A DNA stretch of 64,000 nucleotides. Source: Elusimicrobia bacterium CG_4_9_14_3_um_filter_62_55 (GTDB lineage: Bacteria; Elusimicrobiota; Elusimicrobia; UBA1565). The stretch is from positions 45-64,044 of the forward strand of contig PFUL01000024.1 in NCBI GenBank assembly GCA_002790095.1, given 5' to 3'. Position numbers and translations under genes: made by a program. Under the pieces are notes generated by a model. That model was not told the origin of the DNA. It ran no database searches and was given only the letters and a program-made list of their open reading frames with translations. Positions 21,298 to 29,972 of this stretch are shown one piece after another. The first letter of the stretch is position 1; every line of letters starts with the position of its first letter.

Positions 21298-22251
21298 ATG
21301 CTGACCTACATCGCCCGAAAATTCCTCGCGATGATCCCGACTTTGATCGGGGTCTCGATCCTCGTCTTCGTGATCTTCAACGTGGTGGGCGACGACCCCG
21401 TGTACCTGTACCTCGGCAAGAACGCGACCGTCGAGGACGTCGAGATCATGCGGCATTCGATGGGGCTCGATAAACCGCTGTGGACGCAGTACTTGATCAG
21501 CATGAAGGAACTCGTCACCTTCAATCTCGGCTACTCGATGTCCTCGAAGGAAAAGATCACCGACATGTTCCTCAACGGCGCGGGGCCCTCGATCGCGCTG
21601 ACGTTGCCGGCGCTGTTTCTGTATTCCGGAATCTCGATCGTGCTCGGGCTGATCTGCGCCTACTGGCGGGGGACCTGGGTGGACAAAATGATCGCGGTGC
21701 TCGCGACCGTCGGGATGTCGATTTCCTACGTCGCGGTGATGATCTTCGCGCAGTATTTCCTCGCGTTCATGCCGGTGGAAAAATGGGGAGTGGAGATATT
21801 CCCGATCACCGGCTACGAGAACGGCTTCCCGGACTTCATTCCCTACATCCTGCTGCCCAACCTGATTACGACCTTCGTCGCGCTGGGCTACAACACGCGC
21901 TTCTTCCGCTCGATCGCGGTCGAGGAGATGAACCGGGACTACATCCGCACCGCCCGGGCCTACGGCGCCGACACGCGGACGATCCTCTTCAAGCACGTGC
22001 TCAAGAACATCATGATCCCGATCATCGCCCGCGTGGTCGTGACTTTGCCCTTCATGATCACGGGATCCTTCCTGCTCGAACAGTTCTTCGTGGTTCCCGG
22101 TTTGGGCTATAAACTCCTGCACGCGATCGAGAGCGCCGACTTCAAGGTCGTACGGACCTTCACGATGCTCATCGCGTTTTTAGTCGTCGTGACGAACTCC
22201 GTCGCCGACATCCTCAACAGCATGGTCGATCCGAGGGTCAAACTCTCATGA
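21298..22251 (+). CDS. Peptide ABC transporter permease (OppB-like)
   Basis: MLTYIARK, GLDKPLW, DYIRTARAYG and C-terminal DPRVK. Confidence 0.93.
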   Translation: MLTYIARKFLAMIPTLIGVSILVFVIFNVVGDDPVYLYLGKNATVEDVEIMRHSMGLDKPLWTQYLISMKELVTFNLGYSMSSKEKITDMFLNGAGPSIALTLPALFLYSGISIVLGLICAYWRGTWVDKMIAVLATVGMSISYVAVMIFAQYFLAFMPVEKWGVEIFPITGYENGFPDFIPYILLPNLITTFVALGYNTRFFRSIAVEEMNRDYIRTARAYGADTRTILFKHVLKNIMIPIIARVVVTLPFMITGSFLLEQFFVVPGLGYKLLHAIESADFKVVRTFTMLIAFLVVVTNSVADILNSMVDPRVKLS

Positions 22252-23180
22252 CCGCGGCCGCGCCGGCGAAATTCGTCGAACCTCGTTACGGAGAATCGCT
22301 GTTTAGAAAATCGGCGCGGAAATTCCGCCGCGACCGGCTCGGCATGGCGAGCCTCTCCATCGTGGGCGTCTACGCGGTGATCGCGCTGTGCGTCAAGATC
22401 GGCCTCTTCGCGACCCTGGACGCGGCGACGACCCCGGTCGGGCGGCAGCATGTTGCGCCCGGTCAGACGTATCAGCACATCCTTGCCGATAAGAGCGTGG
22501 AAGAACGAACCTCCTGGTTCGGCACCGACATCCGCGGCAACGACGTCGGACTGAAGCTCATCTACAGCATCAAGCAGGCCTTCGCGATCGGCATCTTGGT
22601 GGCGTTCTTCTCGGTGCTGATCGGAGTCGTTCTGGGAGCGATCTCGGGCTACTTCGGGGGGAAGACCGACGACTTCCTGTTATGGGTGTACACCTCGATG
22701 AGCTCGGTTCCCTACATCCTCTGGATCATCGCCATCTCCTACGCGTTCGGGAAGGGCTTCACGGGAGTCGTCATCGCGCTGTCTTCCACTTTCTGGGTGG
22801 GGATTTACTTCAACATCCGCGCCGAGGTCCAGCGCCTCAAGGAAATGGAGTTCGTACTGGCGTCGGAGTCTTTCGGCATGGGCAAGATGCACATCATTTT
22901 CCGCGACATCATGCCGAACCTGACTCACCTGATTTCGATCTTCCTGTCGCTGAACTTCATCGCGGCCATCAAGAACGAGGTCATCCTGTCGTTTCTCGGG
23001 CTCGGAATCGCGGGCGAGCCGTCCTGGGGCGCGATGATCTCCTCGGCGCGTTTGGACCTCTTGGCGGGGAAGTGGTGGGAAGTGACCGGCGCGACGATCC
23101 TGCTGTTTATTTTGGTGATGGCGTTCAACCTGTTCACCGATTCGCTGCAGGACGCCTTCGACCCGAAGAAAGTCGGTTAG
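22248..23180 (+). CDS. Peptide ABC transporter permease (OppC-like)
   Basis: FGTDIRGND, GYFGG, LSFLGLG, PSWG and DAFDP. Confidence 0.93.
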   Translation: MTAAAPAKFVEPRYGESLFRKSARKFRRDRLGMASLSIVGVYAVIALCVKIGLFATLDAATTPVGRQHVAPGQTYQHILADKSVEERTSWFGTDIRGNDVGLKLIYSIKQAFAIGILVAFFSVLIGVVLGAISGYFGGKTDDFLLWVYTSMSSVPYILWIIAISYAFGKGFTGVVIALSSTFWVGIYFNIRAEVQRLKEMEFVLASESFGMGKMHIIFRDIMPNLTHLISIFLSLNFIAAIKNEVILSFLGLGIAGEPSWGAMISSARLDLLAGKWWEVTGATILLFILVMAFNLFTDSLQDAFDPKKVG

Positions 23181-23201
23181 GCCGCGCGTCGTATAGACTG
23201 C

Positions 23202-23969
23202 ATGCGCCTATCCCCCGCCGCGGCACTCCCCTGCGTATTACTCGCCTGCACGACCCCATCCCGCCCTGAGAAAAAGCTTCCGTCTCCCGCCAGCCGGGAG
23301 CAAGCCGCTCGACTCGTGCTTCCGACAGGGAGTACGCAAGCCGACCTGCTTCAGTCGCTCAGTGCAGGCATCGTCGCGGGCGACTATTCGGAACTGCGCG
23401 ACTTCGTCGCGGCCCATCCCGAAGTCGGTGAAACGACGGTGCGTGAAATGGACCGCTGTCCCTACGACCGGCAGCATTGCCTTGAAACGACCTTGCGGCC
23501 GAACCTCGACGGCGGCGGGCCGCCGCGGCCGTTTCGACCGACGGGGGCGCTCCACACGCAGCCCTTTTCTTCGGGACGCCTTTATGTCGGAACCGTCGCC
23601 AACCATCGCGCCCGATTCGACATGATCTGGGATGTCGTGAGGGGCCGGATCGTGTATCTGAGGACGCTGGAAGGATATTCCTATTTCGAATACTCGCTGA
23701 ATCTTCGCGACAATTCGCTCGATCGGGTCGACGGTCTGGTGGTGCTTCGCCGAAAAACGGAACGCTACGAGGAATCAATCACGCTTCGGGCGAACGAACT
23801 CGCGTTTAAGAAAATACGCGACGATGTGGTTCCCATGTTCAGCGAAACGACATACAGTTCAATCCCTTTCGGGGATCGCGTCATTGAACTGCCGGATACC
23901 TCTGGGTTGGAAACGGCTTCCAGGACGCGGGTCAGCGGTCCTACACGTCCCGACGGTGCCCTACAGTAA
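23202..23969 (+). CDS. Hypothetical lipoprotein
   Basis: Lipobox-like VLLAC; fills the gap; no recognisable domain. Confidence 0.6.
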   Translation: MRLSPAAALPCVLLACTTPSRPEKKLPSPASREQAARLVLPTGSTQADLLQSLSAGIVAGDYSELRDFVAAHPEVGETTVREMDRCPYDRQHCLETTLRPNLDGGGPPRPFRPTGALHTQPFSSGRLYVGTVANHRARFDMIWDVVRGRIVYLRTLEGYSYFEYSLNLRDNSLDRVDGLVVLRRKTERYEESITLRANELAFKKIRDDVVPMFSETTYSSIPFGDRVIELPDTSGLETASRTRVSGPTRPDGALQ

Positions 23970-24033
23970 ACACGAGGGCGAGCAATTCGCTTTTATAAAC
24001 CTTGTATAGGATTCTCCAATCGCCGACGCGCCG
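23941..24033 (-). pseudogene. C-terminal remnant of a RelE/ParE-family toxin
   Basis: RRVGDWRILYKVYKSELLALVFTVGHRRDV* matches the RelE C-terminal pattern (RxRVGDYRI.Y...V..VGHRR); no matching N-terminus upstream. Confidence 0.7.
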
Positions 24034-24136
24034 AGGGGAAATTTGGGAGTTGCCCTCGGCGCACCGGGAGGCTCCAGGCGACGCGCTCCCGCGCATCACG
24101 CGCGTGCATGCCGCAACGGAAATTTCAATCGGGAGC

Positions 24137-24156
24137 AACTGTCCCCGGGGACAGTT
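24137..24156. repeat. Perfect 20-bp palindrome AACTGTCCCC/GGGGACAGTT
   Basis: Read directly; a second inverted repeat GCGCCGAGGG...CCCTCGGCGC lies at 24028-24062. Confidence 0.85.
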
Positions 24157-24185
24157 TCCGGTTCGTTTGGGCGCGGCAGAATCGA

Positions 24186-24998
24186 TTAGGGCCGGGCGAC
24201 GGCGTGCCGCGCGCGATAAGCCTGAAACCCCCGCCACCGCGCGCTCGCCTGCCCGAGCAGAACCAACGCCGCGATCACCGCCAACACCGTTTTCGCCTTG
24301 CGCTCCTCGATGCCGTGCACCTCGAGCGAGGCCGCAAACAGCAAATAGAAGTACCATGCGGTCCCGGCCAGAGCCAGCGGCGCGCCTAGATAGGGAATCG
24401 CCGACGCCGGCCCCGCGGCGACCGCGACCGCACTCGCGTACGCGCAGCATCGGTAGGCTGTTTCGAATTCCCGCGGCGAGCCCAGCGCGCGCCACACGAC
24501 GAACCCGAAGCCGCCGGCGACGACGCTTGCGACCGGAACCATCACGCTGGAAGCGACGAAGCCTCCGATCCCGGCCATCGGGCTGCCTGTCAGCGCGGCC
24601 GTCACCGCCCACTGCAAGGCGCCGCCGAGAGCGCCCATCGTCCCGGCAAACACCAAGGGAGGCATCATGCCGCCGGTCGGCGGCATCGTTCGGTAAAAAT
24701 CCCGCGGCGCGCTCAGCACCCCCTTCGCGAGGTCGAAGAAGCCTTTCGGATCGAAGGCCTGGCGCGCTTCGGCCGCGGCTTCCGCGGCCAGACCCGAGGC
24801 GCGGTCCGCCTTGCGCACCGCGCGCTCGGCCGCACCCATGCGAACGTCGATTTCGGGGAGGGGGGCCGTCGCCTCGCGGATCGCCGCGTCCGCCGCCTCC
24901 GGCGACGCGCCGGATTGAAGCAGCGCCGCGCGGATGCTCTCGACCGGATAGCGGCCCATGTGCTGACGCACGTAGGCGACAAAACGCGGATCGCTCAC
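24186..24998 (-). CDS. YIP1-family membrane protein
   Basis: VLSAPRDFYRTM, FETAYR...AY and AIPYLG with about 5 TM helices; coupled to the response regulator. Confidence 0.8.
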   Translation of the reverse strand: MSDPRFVAYVRQHMGRYPVESIRAALLQSGASPEAADAAIREATAPLPEIDVRMGAAERAVRKADRASGLAAEAAAEARQAFDPKGFFDLAKGVLSAPRDFYRTMPPTGGMMPPLVFAGTMGALGGALQWAVTAALTGSPMAGIGGFVASSVMVPVASVVAGGFGFVVWRALGSPREFETAYRCCAYASAVAVAAGPASAIPYLGAPLALAGTAWYFYLLFAASLEVHGIEERKAKTVLAVIAALVLLGQASARWRGFQAYRARHAVARP

Positions 24999-25405
24999 GC
25001 CGACGGCGGCGGGCAGACCTCGCCGACCTTCTTGAGGAAGCGCCCGATTTCGATGGGCTTGATCACGTAGCCCTTCGCGCCGCGGGCGAAGGCGGATTCC
25101 ACGTCCTTGCCGGTCTGCTCGGCGGTCACCATCAGCACCGGCGTCTCGCGAAGTTCCTCGAACGCGCGCATCTCGGTGAGCGTCTGCAGGCCGGTCCAGT
25201 CCGGCATGTTGATGTCGAGCAAAATCAGGCAGGGATTCTCGGCGCGGGCCTTCTCGAGACCCTGATGGCCGTTCGCCGCGGTGACGACCGCGTAGCCGGC
25301 GCCGGTCAGCACGTCTTCGAGCAGCGACCGGATGTCGTCGCTGTCGTCCACGACCAAAACCGGGCGGGGACCCGATGGTTTTTTTCCGAAAAGTCCGAAC
25401 ACCAC
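24995..25405 (-). CDS. Single-domain response regulator (CheY-like)
   Basis: VLVVDD, LLDINMP, LMVTA and YVIKP. Confidence 0.92.
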   Translation of the reverse strand: MVFGLFGKKPSGPRPVLVVDDSDDIRSLLEDVLTGAGYAVVTAANGHQGLEKARAENPCLILLDINMPDWTGLQTLTEMRAFEELRETPVLMVTAEQTGKDVESAFARGAKGYVIKPIEIGRFLKKVGEVCPPPSA

Positions 25406-25453
25406 GCCCCTATTGTACGGACCTGGGGGAAGAAGGCAAGGGCCTGAGCCGCG

Positions 25454-26077
25454 TTAGGGCAAAAGCACGAAGAAGTACTGCAGGAACTCGCCGAGTTCCA
25501 GATTGGCGAGCGTGAGCGAGACCGGCCGGCCGCCGAGGCTGCCGCGGAGTTCTCCGCTCATCGGATTGTAGTCGAGCGCGACCGCGGCTCCCGCCATTTT
25601 CCCGGTGATCTTTCCGGTCGCGGCATCCATCGTCAGCCGAAACGCCTTGCCGGCGGCGGAGCCCTTCACGGAAACGGCCCCGAAATCCACTTCGTAGCGC
25701 AGCGCCGCGCCGTTGAAGGTCCCCTGCACCACGGAGCGGGCGGGGGTCCAATGGAAGGCCAATTCGACGCGGCGGCCGCCGATATCGCCCAGCATCGACT
25801 TGCCGTCGTGGTCGATTTTTACCGCGATCGCGGAACCGGCGGTCTCGCCGGAAATCACCCAAAGACTGCGGCTCAAGCTCATCTCGAAAGGGCGGCCGTT
25901 GACGGAGCCGTTGACGGAAGCGAATCGGAGGCGTCCGATGCGCCGCGCCGCCATCGAAACCGCCGCGGGAAGCGGGGTTGCGCCGCGCAGGCCGAACCGG
26001 GGAGATTCGAACCCGGCGGCGAGGGCGAAAGCGGAGGGGAAGAGCAAGGCGGCGAGGGCGAGGTTGAGCTTATTCAT
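25454..26077 (-). CDS. Hypothetical secreted beta-rich protein with internal repeats
   Basis: Signal peptide MNKLNLALAALLFPSAFA; recurring G-x-x-x-G-x-x-x-x-L/I pattern. Confidence 0.75.
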   Translation of the reverse strand: MNKLNLALAALLFPSAFALAAGFESPRFGLRGATPLPAAVSMAARRIGRLRFASVNGSVNGRPFEMSLSRSLWVISGETAGSAIAVKIDHDGKSMLGDIGGRRVELAFHWTPARSVVQGTFNGAALRYEVDFGAVSVKGSAAGKAFRLTMDAATGKITGKMAGAAVALDYNPMSGELRGSLGGRPVSLTLANLELGEFLQYFFVLLP

Positions 26078-26232
26078 ACCCTCACGGTAACACAATCCAG
26101 AACCTTCGCGTTTGGGTCGATAGTCCCGAAGGCCCTCCCTATTTAGCCCTACCGCGTCTTGGGTCTTTGTCGCCGTAAAATTAGTATGCTTCCAACATCC
26201 TTTTCAGGCCTATAGGCCTATTGGAGGCTTGG

Positions 26233-28038
26233 ATGTCCCGATTTAAATTCACGTTCGCCATCCCGCTCGCTGCCGCGCTTTTCCTCTCTTCCGGATGCGG
26301 GAAAAAAGACTCTTCGTCGCCCGCCGGAGGGGGAAAAACGGCCTCCCAGAGCAGTAAAAACAAGGACACGTACGTCCATGTCACGATTTCCGACATCGAC
26401 AGCCTCGACCCGGCCTGGTCCTACGACACGGCCAGCCACATGGTCATCGAGAACCTTTATGAATTCCTGGTCGCCTACAAGGGCGGAAGCATCACCGAAC
26501 TCGAACCCCAGGTCGCCGAGAAGGTCCCGTCGATCGAAAACGGCCTCCTCAGTCCCGACGGCAGGACCTATACCTTCCCGATCCGAAAAGGAATCAAGTT
26601 CCACAAAGGAGGAGAAGTCACGCCCGAGGACGTCCGCTACTCTCTGATCCGCTTCATGCTCTTCGACCGGGCCGGCGGGCCGTCTTCTCTGCTGCTTGAA
26701 CCCGTGACGGGACTGGACTCGACGAGAAAGGACGGCAAGCCCCTGGACGCCGCCTACGACAAGGCCGCGGCCGCGGTCACCGTCGAAGGCGACGCGGTGG
26801 TTCTGAAGCTGCACAAGCCGTTCGCGCCCATGTTGACGGTGCTCGCCTCGTGGTCGCCCATCGTTTCGAAGGAATGGGCGGTCGCCGGGGCGGGGTGGGA
26901 CGGAACGAAGGAAACCTGGAAAGCCCACAACAACCCGGAGAAAACGGCCGAGGCGTTCTACGATCAGGAAAACGGCTCCGGCCCGTTTTTACTCGAGCGC
27001 TGGGACAAGAAGACGAAGGAAGTCGTCTTGACCCGCTTCGACGACTATTGGCGGGGACCGGCAAAACTTAAGCGCGCGCACATCAAGGGAGTCGACGAAT
27101 TCCAAACGCGCAAGCTGATGCTCGCCGCGGGAGACGCCGACTCGATTTACGCGGACTACCTCCAGCAGCCCCTGCTCAAAAACCTCCCCGGAGTCGAACT
27201 CATCGACGACCTCCCCCGCATCGACATGAATCCGTCGATATACTTCGTTTTCGACATCGAAACGAAGGGCAACCCGAACGTCGGATCCGGGAAACTCGAC
27301 GGGAAGGGGGTTCCCGCGGACTTTTTCGCCGACGTGAACGTCCGGAAAGCCTTCGCCCATTCGTTCGATTACGAAGGGTTCATCCGGGACGTCAACCGGG
27401 GGAAGGGGACGCGCGCGGTCAGCTTCATTCCGAAAGGCCTGTTCGGATTCAACCCGGAACAAGCCCACTACGAATACGACATCGCGAAAGCCGAGTCCTA
27501 CTTCAAGAAGGCCCACGGCGGAAAACTCTGGCAGAACGGCTTTAAGTTCACGCTCGCCTACAACGCCGGCAACCAGCCGCGCGAGGTCATCGCGAACATG
27601 ATCAAACGGGCCGTTGAAAGCATCAACCCGAAGTTCCAGATCGACACGCGGCCGATCCAATGGTCCACGTATTTGGACATGTCGAACGCCTCGAAACTTC
27701 CGATGTTCATCATGGGGTGGGCGCCGGACTTCCCGGATCCGCACAACTTCGCGTTCCCGTTCCTGCACTCCAACGGGAACTATCCCCGGCTGCAGCGCTA
27801 CAAGAACGCGGAGGCGGACAAGCTCGTGACGGCCGCGATGACCGAGACGGACGCGGAGAAGCGGCGCGCGATGTACTATCGCCTGCAGCAGATCGCCTAC
27901 GAGGACGTGCCGTCGCTGTACATTCTGAACTCGGTCCTGTACCGGACCCAGCGGTCTTGGGTGAAGGGATACGTCTACAATCCGATCCATCCGGATTCGC
28001 CCTACTCCTGTCCGCTGTACTACCTCTCCAAGGAATAG
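26233..28038 (+). CDS. Peptide ABC transporter substrate-binding lipoprotein (DppA-like)
   Basis: Lipobox LSSGC, SLDPA, YTFPIRKGIKFH, GSGPF and GWAPDFPDP; GGAGG SD. Confidence 0.93.
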   Translation: MSRFKFTFAIPLAAALFLSSGCGKKDSSSPAGGGKTASQSSKNKDTYVHVTISDIDSLDPAWSYDTASHMVIENLYEFLVAYKGGSITELEPQVAEKVPSIENGLLSPDGRTYTFPIRKGIKFHKGGEVTPEDVRYSLIRFMLFDRAGGPSSLLLEPVTGLDSTRKDGKPLDAAYDKAAAAVTVEGDAVVLKLHKPFAPMLTVLASWSPIVSKEWAVAGAGWDGTKETWKAHNNPEKTAEAFYDQENGSGPFLLERWDKKTKEVVLTRFDDYWRGPAKLKRAHIKGVDEFQTRKLMLAAGDADSIYADYLQQPLLKNLPGVELIDDLPRIDMNPSIYFVFDIETKGNPNVGSGKLDGKGVPADFFADVNVRKAFAHSFDYEGFIRDVNRGKGTRAVSFIPKGLFGFNPEQAHYEYDIAKAESYFKKAHGGKLWQNGFKFTLAYNAGNQPREVIANMIKRAVESINPKFQIDTRPIQWSTYLDMSNASKLPMFIMGWAPDFPDPHNFAFPFLHSNGNYPRLQRYKNAEADKLVTAAMTETDAEKRRAMYYRLQQIAYEDVPSLYILNSVLYRTQRSWVKGYVYNPIHPDSPYSCPLYYLSKE

Positions 28039-28053
28039 GCCTCAGGGCGGAGC

Positions 28054-29079
28054 GTGGCGAAGTTCATCCTCAAGCGGCTGGCGATGCTGCCCCTCGTGCT
28101 CTTCGGAGTGACGGTATTGCTGTTCGGCCTCTTCAACACGCTCTCGCCGGAAATGCGCGCCTCGATCTACGTGAAGGACCCCCGGCAGCTGGCGGCCCTC
28201 GACGAGGTCATCCGCAAGTACGGACTCAAGGACCCGTTCCACAAGCAATATGTCCGCTGGATCGCGAGAGTCGCGAAAGGCGACCTCGGCTACTCCGAAA
28301 CGGCGAAGATGCCCGTGACCGAAGCCATCCGTTCGTTCTTTCCCGCGACGATCGAGCTCTCGGTGCTCGCCTTCATCCCCATCATGGTGATCGGCGTCTG
28401 GCTCGGCACCCTCTCCGCGGTCTACCGGGACAAATGGATCGACCATTTCTCCCGTTTCGTGGCGATCACGGGATACTCGCTGCCCTCCTTCGTCCTCGGA
28501 CTGCTGCTGCTCATGGTCTTCTACGGCATGCTGAAGCTCTTCCCGCCGGGGCGCTATTCCCTCGCCTCGGATCTCATCATCAACGGGGGGAACTACGCCG
28601 CCTATACCGGCATGGTCACCGTCGATTCCCTGCTCAACGGACGCATCGGGGTGTTTTTCGACGCGCTCAAGCACCTTATTTTACCCGCGTCGTCGCTCAC
28701 CTACATCACGATGGCGCTGCTCGTGCGCATCACCCGTTCGTCGATGCTCGAAGAGCTGGGCAAGGACTACGTCCGGACCGCGCGGGCGAAAGGCCTTCCG
28801 GAATCGGTCGTCATCAACAAGCATGCCCGGCGCAACGCGTGGATTCCGGTCATCACGATCGCGTCGATTCTTTTCGTGCAGCTGCTCGGAGGCGTGCTGA
28901 TCACCGAAACGGTGTTCGCCTACCCGGGCATCGGCCGCTGGGTCGCCCAAGCCGCGGTGCAGCTCGACATCCCCGGCGTCATGGGCGTGGCCCTTCTAAC
29001 CTCGACGTTGTTCGTGCTCGGCAACCTGGTCGCCGACATCCTCTACGCCGTCGTCGACCCGAGGATTCGCTTCCAATGA
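28054..29079 (+). CDS. Peptide ABC transporter permease (DppB-like)
   Basis: GDLGYS, PATIEL, HLILPA, DYVRTARAKGL and DPRIR. Confidence 0.95.
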   Translation: MAKFILKRLAMLPLVLFGVTVLLFGLFNTLSPEMRASIYVKDPRQLAALDEVIRKYGLKDPFHKQYVRWIARVAKGDLGYSETAKMPVTEAIRSFFPATIELSVLAFIPIMVIGVWLGTLSAVYRDKWIDHFSRFVAITGYSLPSFVLGLLLLMVFYGMLKLFPPGRYSLASDLIINGGNYAAYTGMVTVDSLLNGRIGVFFDALKHLILPASSLTYITMALLVRITRSSMLEELGKDYVRTARAKGLPESVVINKHARRNAWIPVITIASILFVQLLGGVLITETVFAYPGIGRWVAQAAVQLDIPGVMGVALLTSTLFVLGNLVADILYAVVDPRIRFQ

Positions 29080-29972
29080 GGGAACGACTCCGAGAATTCT
29101 CCGCGGAAACCTGGAAGCGCCTCAAGCGCCGCCCGCTCTCGTTGGTCGGCCTAGGCCTGATTCTGGCGTTCACGTCGATTGCCGTGCTGGCCCCGATTCT
29201 CGCGCCCCCGGAGCCGAACTCGCGAGACTACTATCTGATTCCGCAGGACGGGTACAGCCCCGATCCCGTGCGTCCGAGCCGGGAACACGTGTTCGGAACC
29301 ACCGAACAGCAGTTCGATCTTTACTACGGCATCGTCTGGGGGACCCGGACCGCGTTTAAGATCGGGGTCGCCGTCGTGCTCGTCTCGATGCTGCTTGGGA
29401 TGGTCGTCGGAGGGATCGGCGGCTTCTACGGCGGTTGGGTCGACGAGACCCTGATGCGCTTCACCGACATCGTCATGGCGCTGCCCAGCATTATTTTGGC
29501 GGTGGTCATCGTCACGGTCCGGGGGCCGAGCCTGGGCAACGTCATCGTCGCCCTCGCGGCGGTCTCGTGGCCCACCTACGCGCGCTTGATCCGCGGGGAC
29601 GTTCTCACCGTCAAGCAGCGCGAGTTCGTCCTGGCGGCGCGCGCGCTCGGAGCGAGCGACCGCCGCATCCTGATCCGCCACGTGATCCCGAACTCCATCT
29701 ATCCGGTGCTCGTCGTCGCGTCCCTCGATACGGGCGCGATCGTGCTCTCGGCGGCCGCGCTGAGCTTTCTCGGTCTCGGCGCGCCGGTCGGGTACGCCGA
29801 CTGGGGCCAGCTCATCGCGATGTCGCGCAACTGGATCATCGGCGCGTCGGGGAGCCCGCTCGATTACTGGCACACCGTCGCCTTCCCGGGGGGCGCGATT
29901 TTTCTGTTCGTTCTCGGCTGGAACCTGCTCGGAGACGCCTTCCGGGACATCCTCGATCCGCGGCAAAAGTGA
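29076..29972 (+). CDS. Peptide ABC transporter permease (DppC-like)
   Basis: HVFGTT, YARLIRG, ARALGA, LSFLGLG and GDAFRDILDP; ATGA overlap. Confidence 0.95.
   Translation: MRERLREFSAETWKRLKRRPLSLVGLGLILAFTSIAVLAPILAPPEPNSRDYYLIPQDGYSPDPVRPSREHVFGTTEQQFDLYYGIVWGTRTAFKIGVAVVLVSMLLGMVVGGIGGFYGGWVDETLMRFTDIVMALPSIILAVVIVTVRGPSLGNVIVALAAVSWPTYARLIRGDVLTVKQREFVLAARALGASDRRILIRHVIPNSIYPVLVVASLDTGAIVLSAAALSFLGLGAPVGYADWGQLIAMSRNWIIGASGSPLDYWHTVAFPGGAIFLFVLGWNLLGDAFRDILDPRQK

Noticed and set aside
24002-25447. 481-aa Arg/Pro-rich plus-strand ORF
   Set aside because: Shadow of the minus-strand YIP1 and response regulator genes
27660-29075. Apparent N-terminal extension giving a 770-aa DppC (similarly 29435, 18373, 19422 and 8717 starts)
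   Set aside because: Out-of-frame overlaps with real upstream genes; true starts sit at ATGA/TGATG/TAATG junctions
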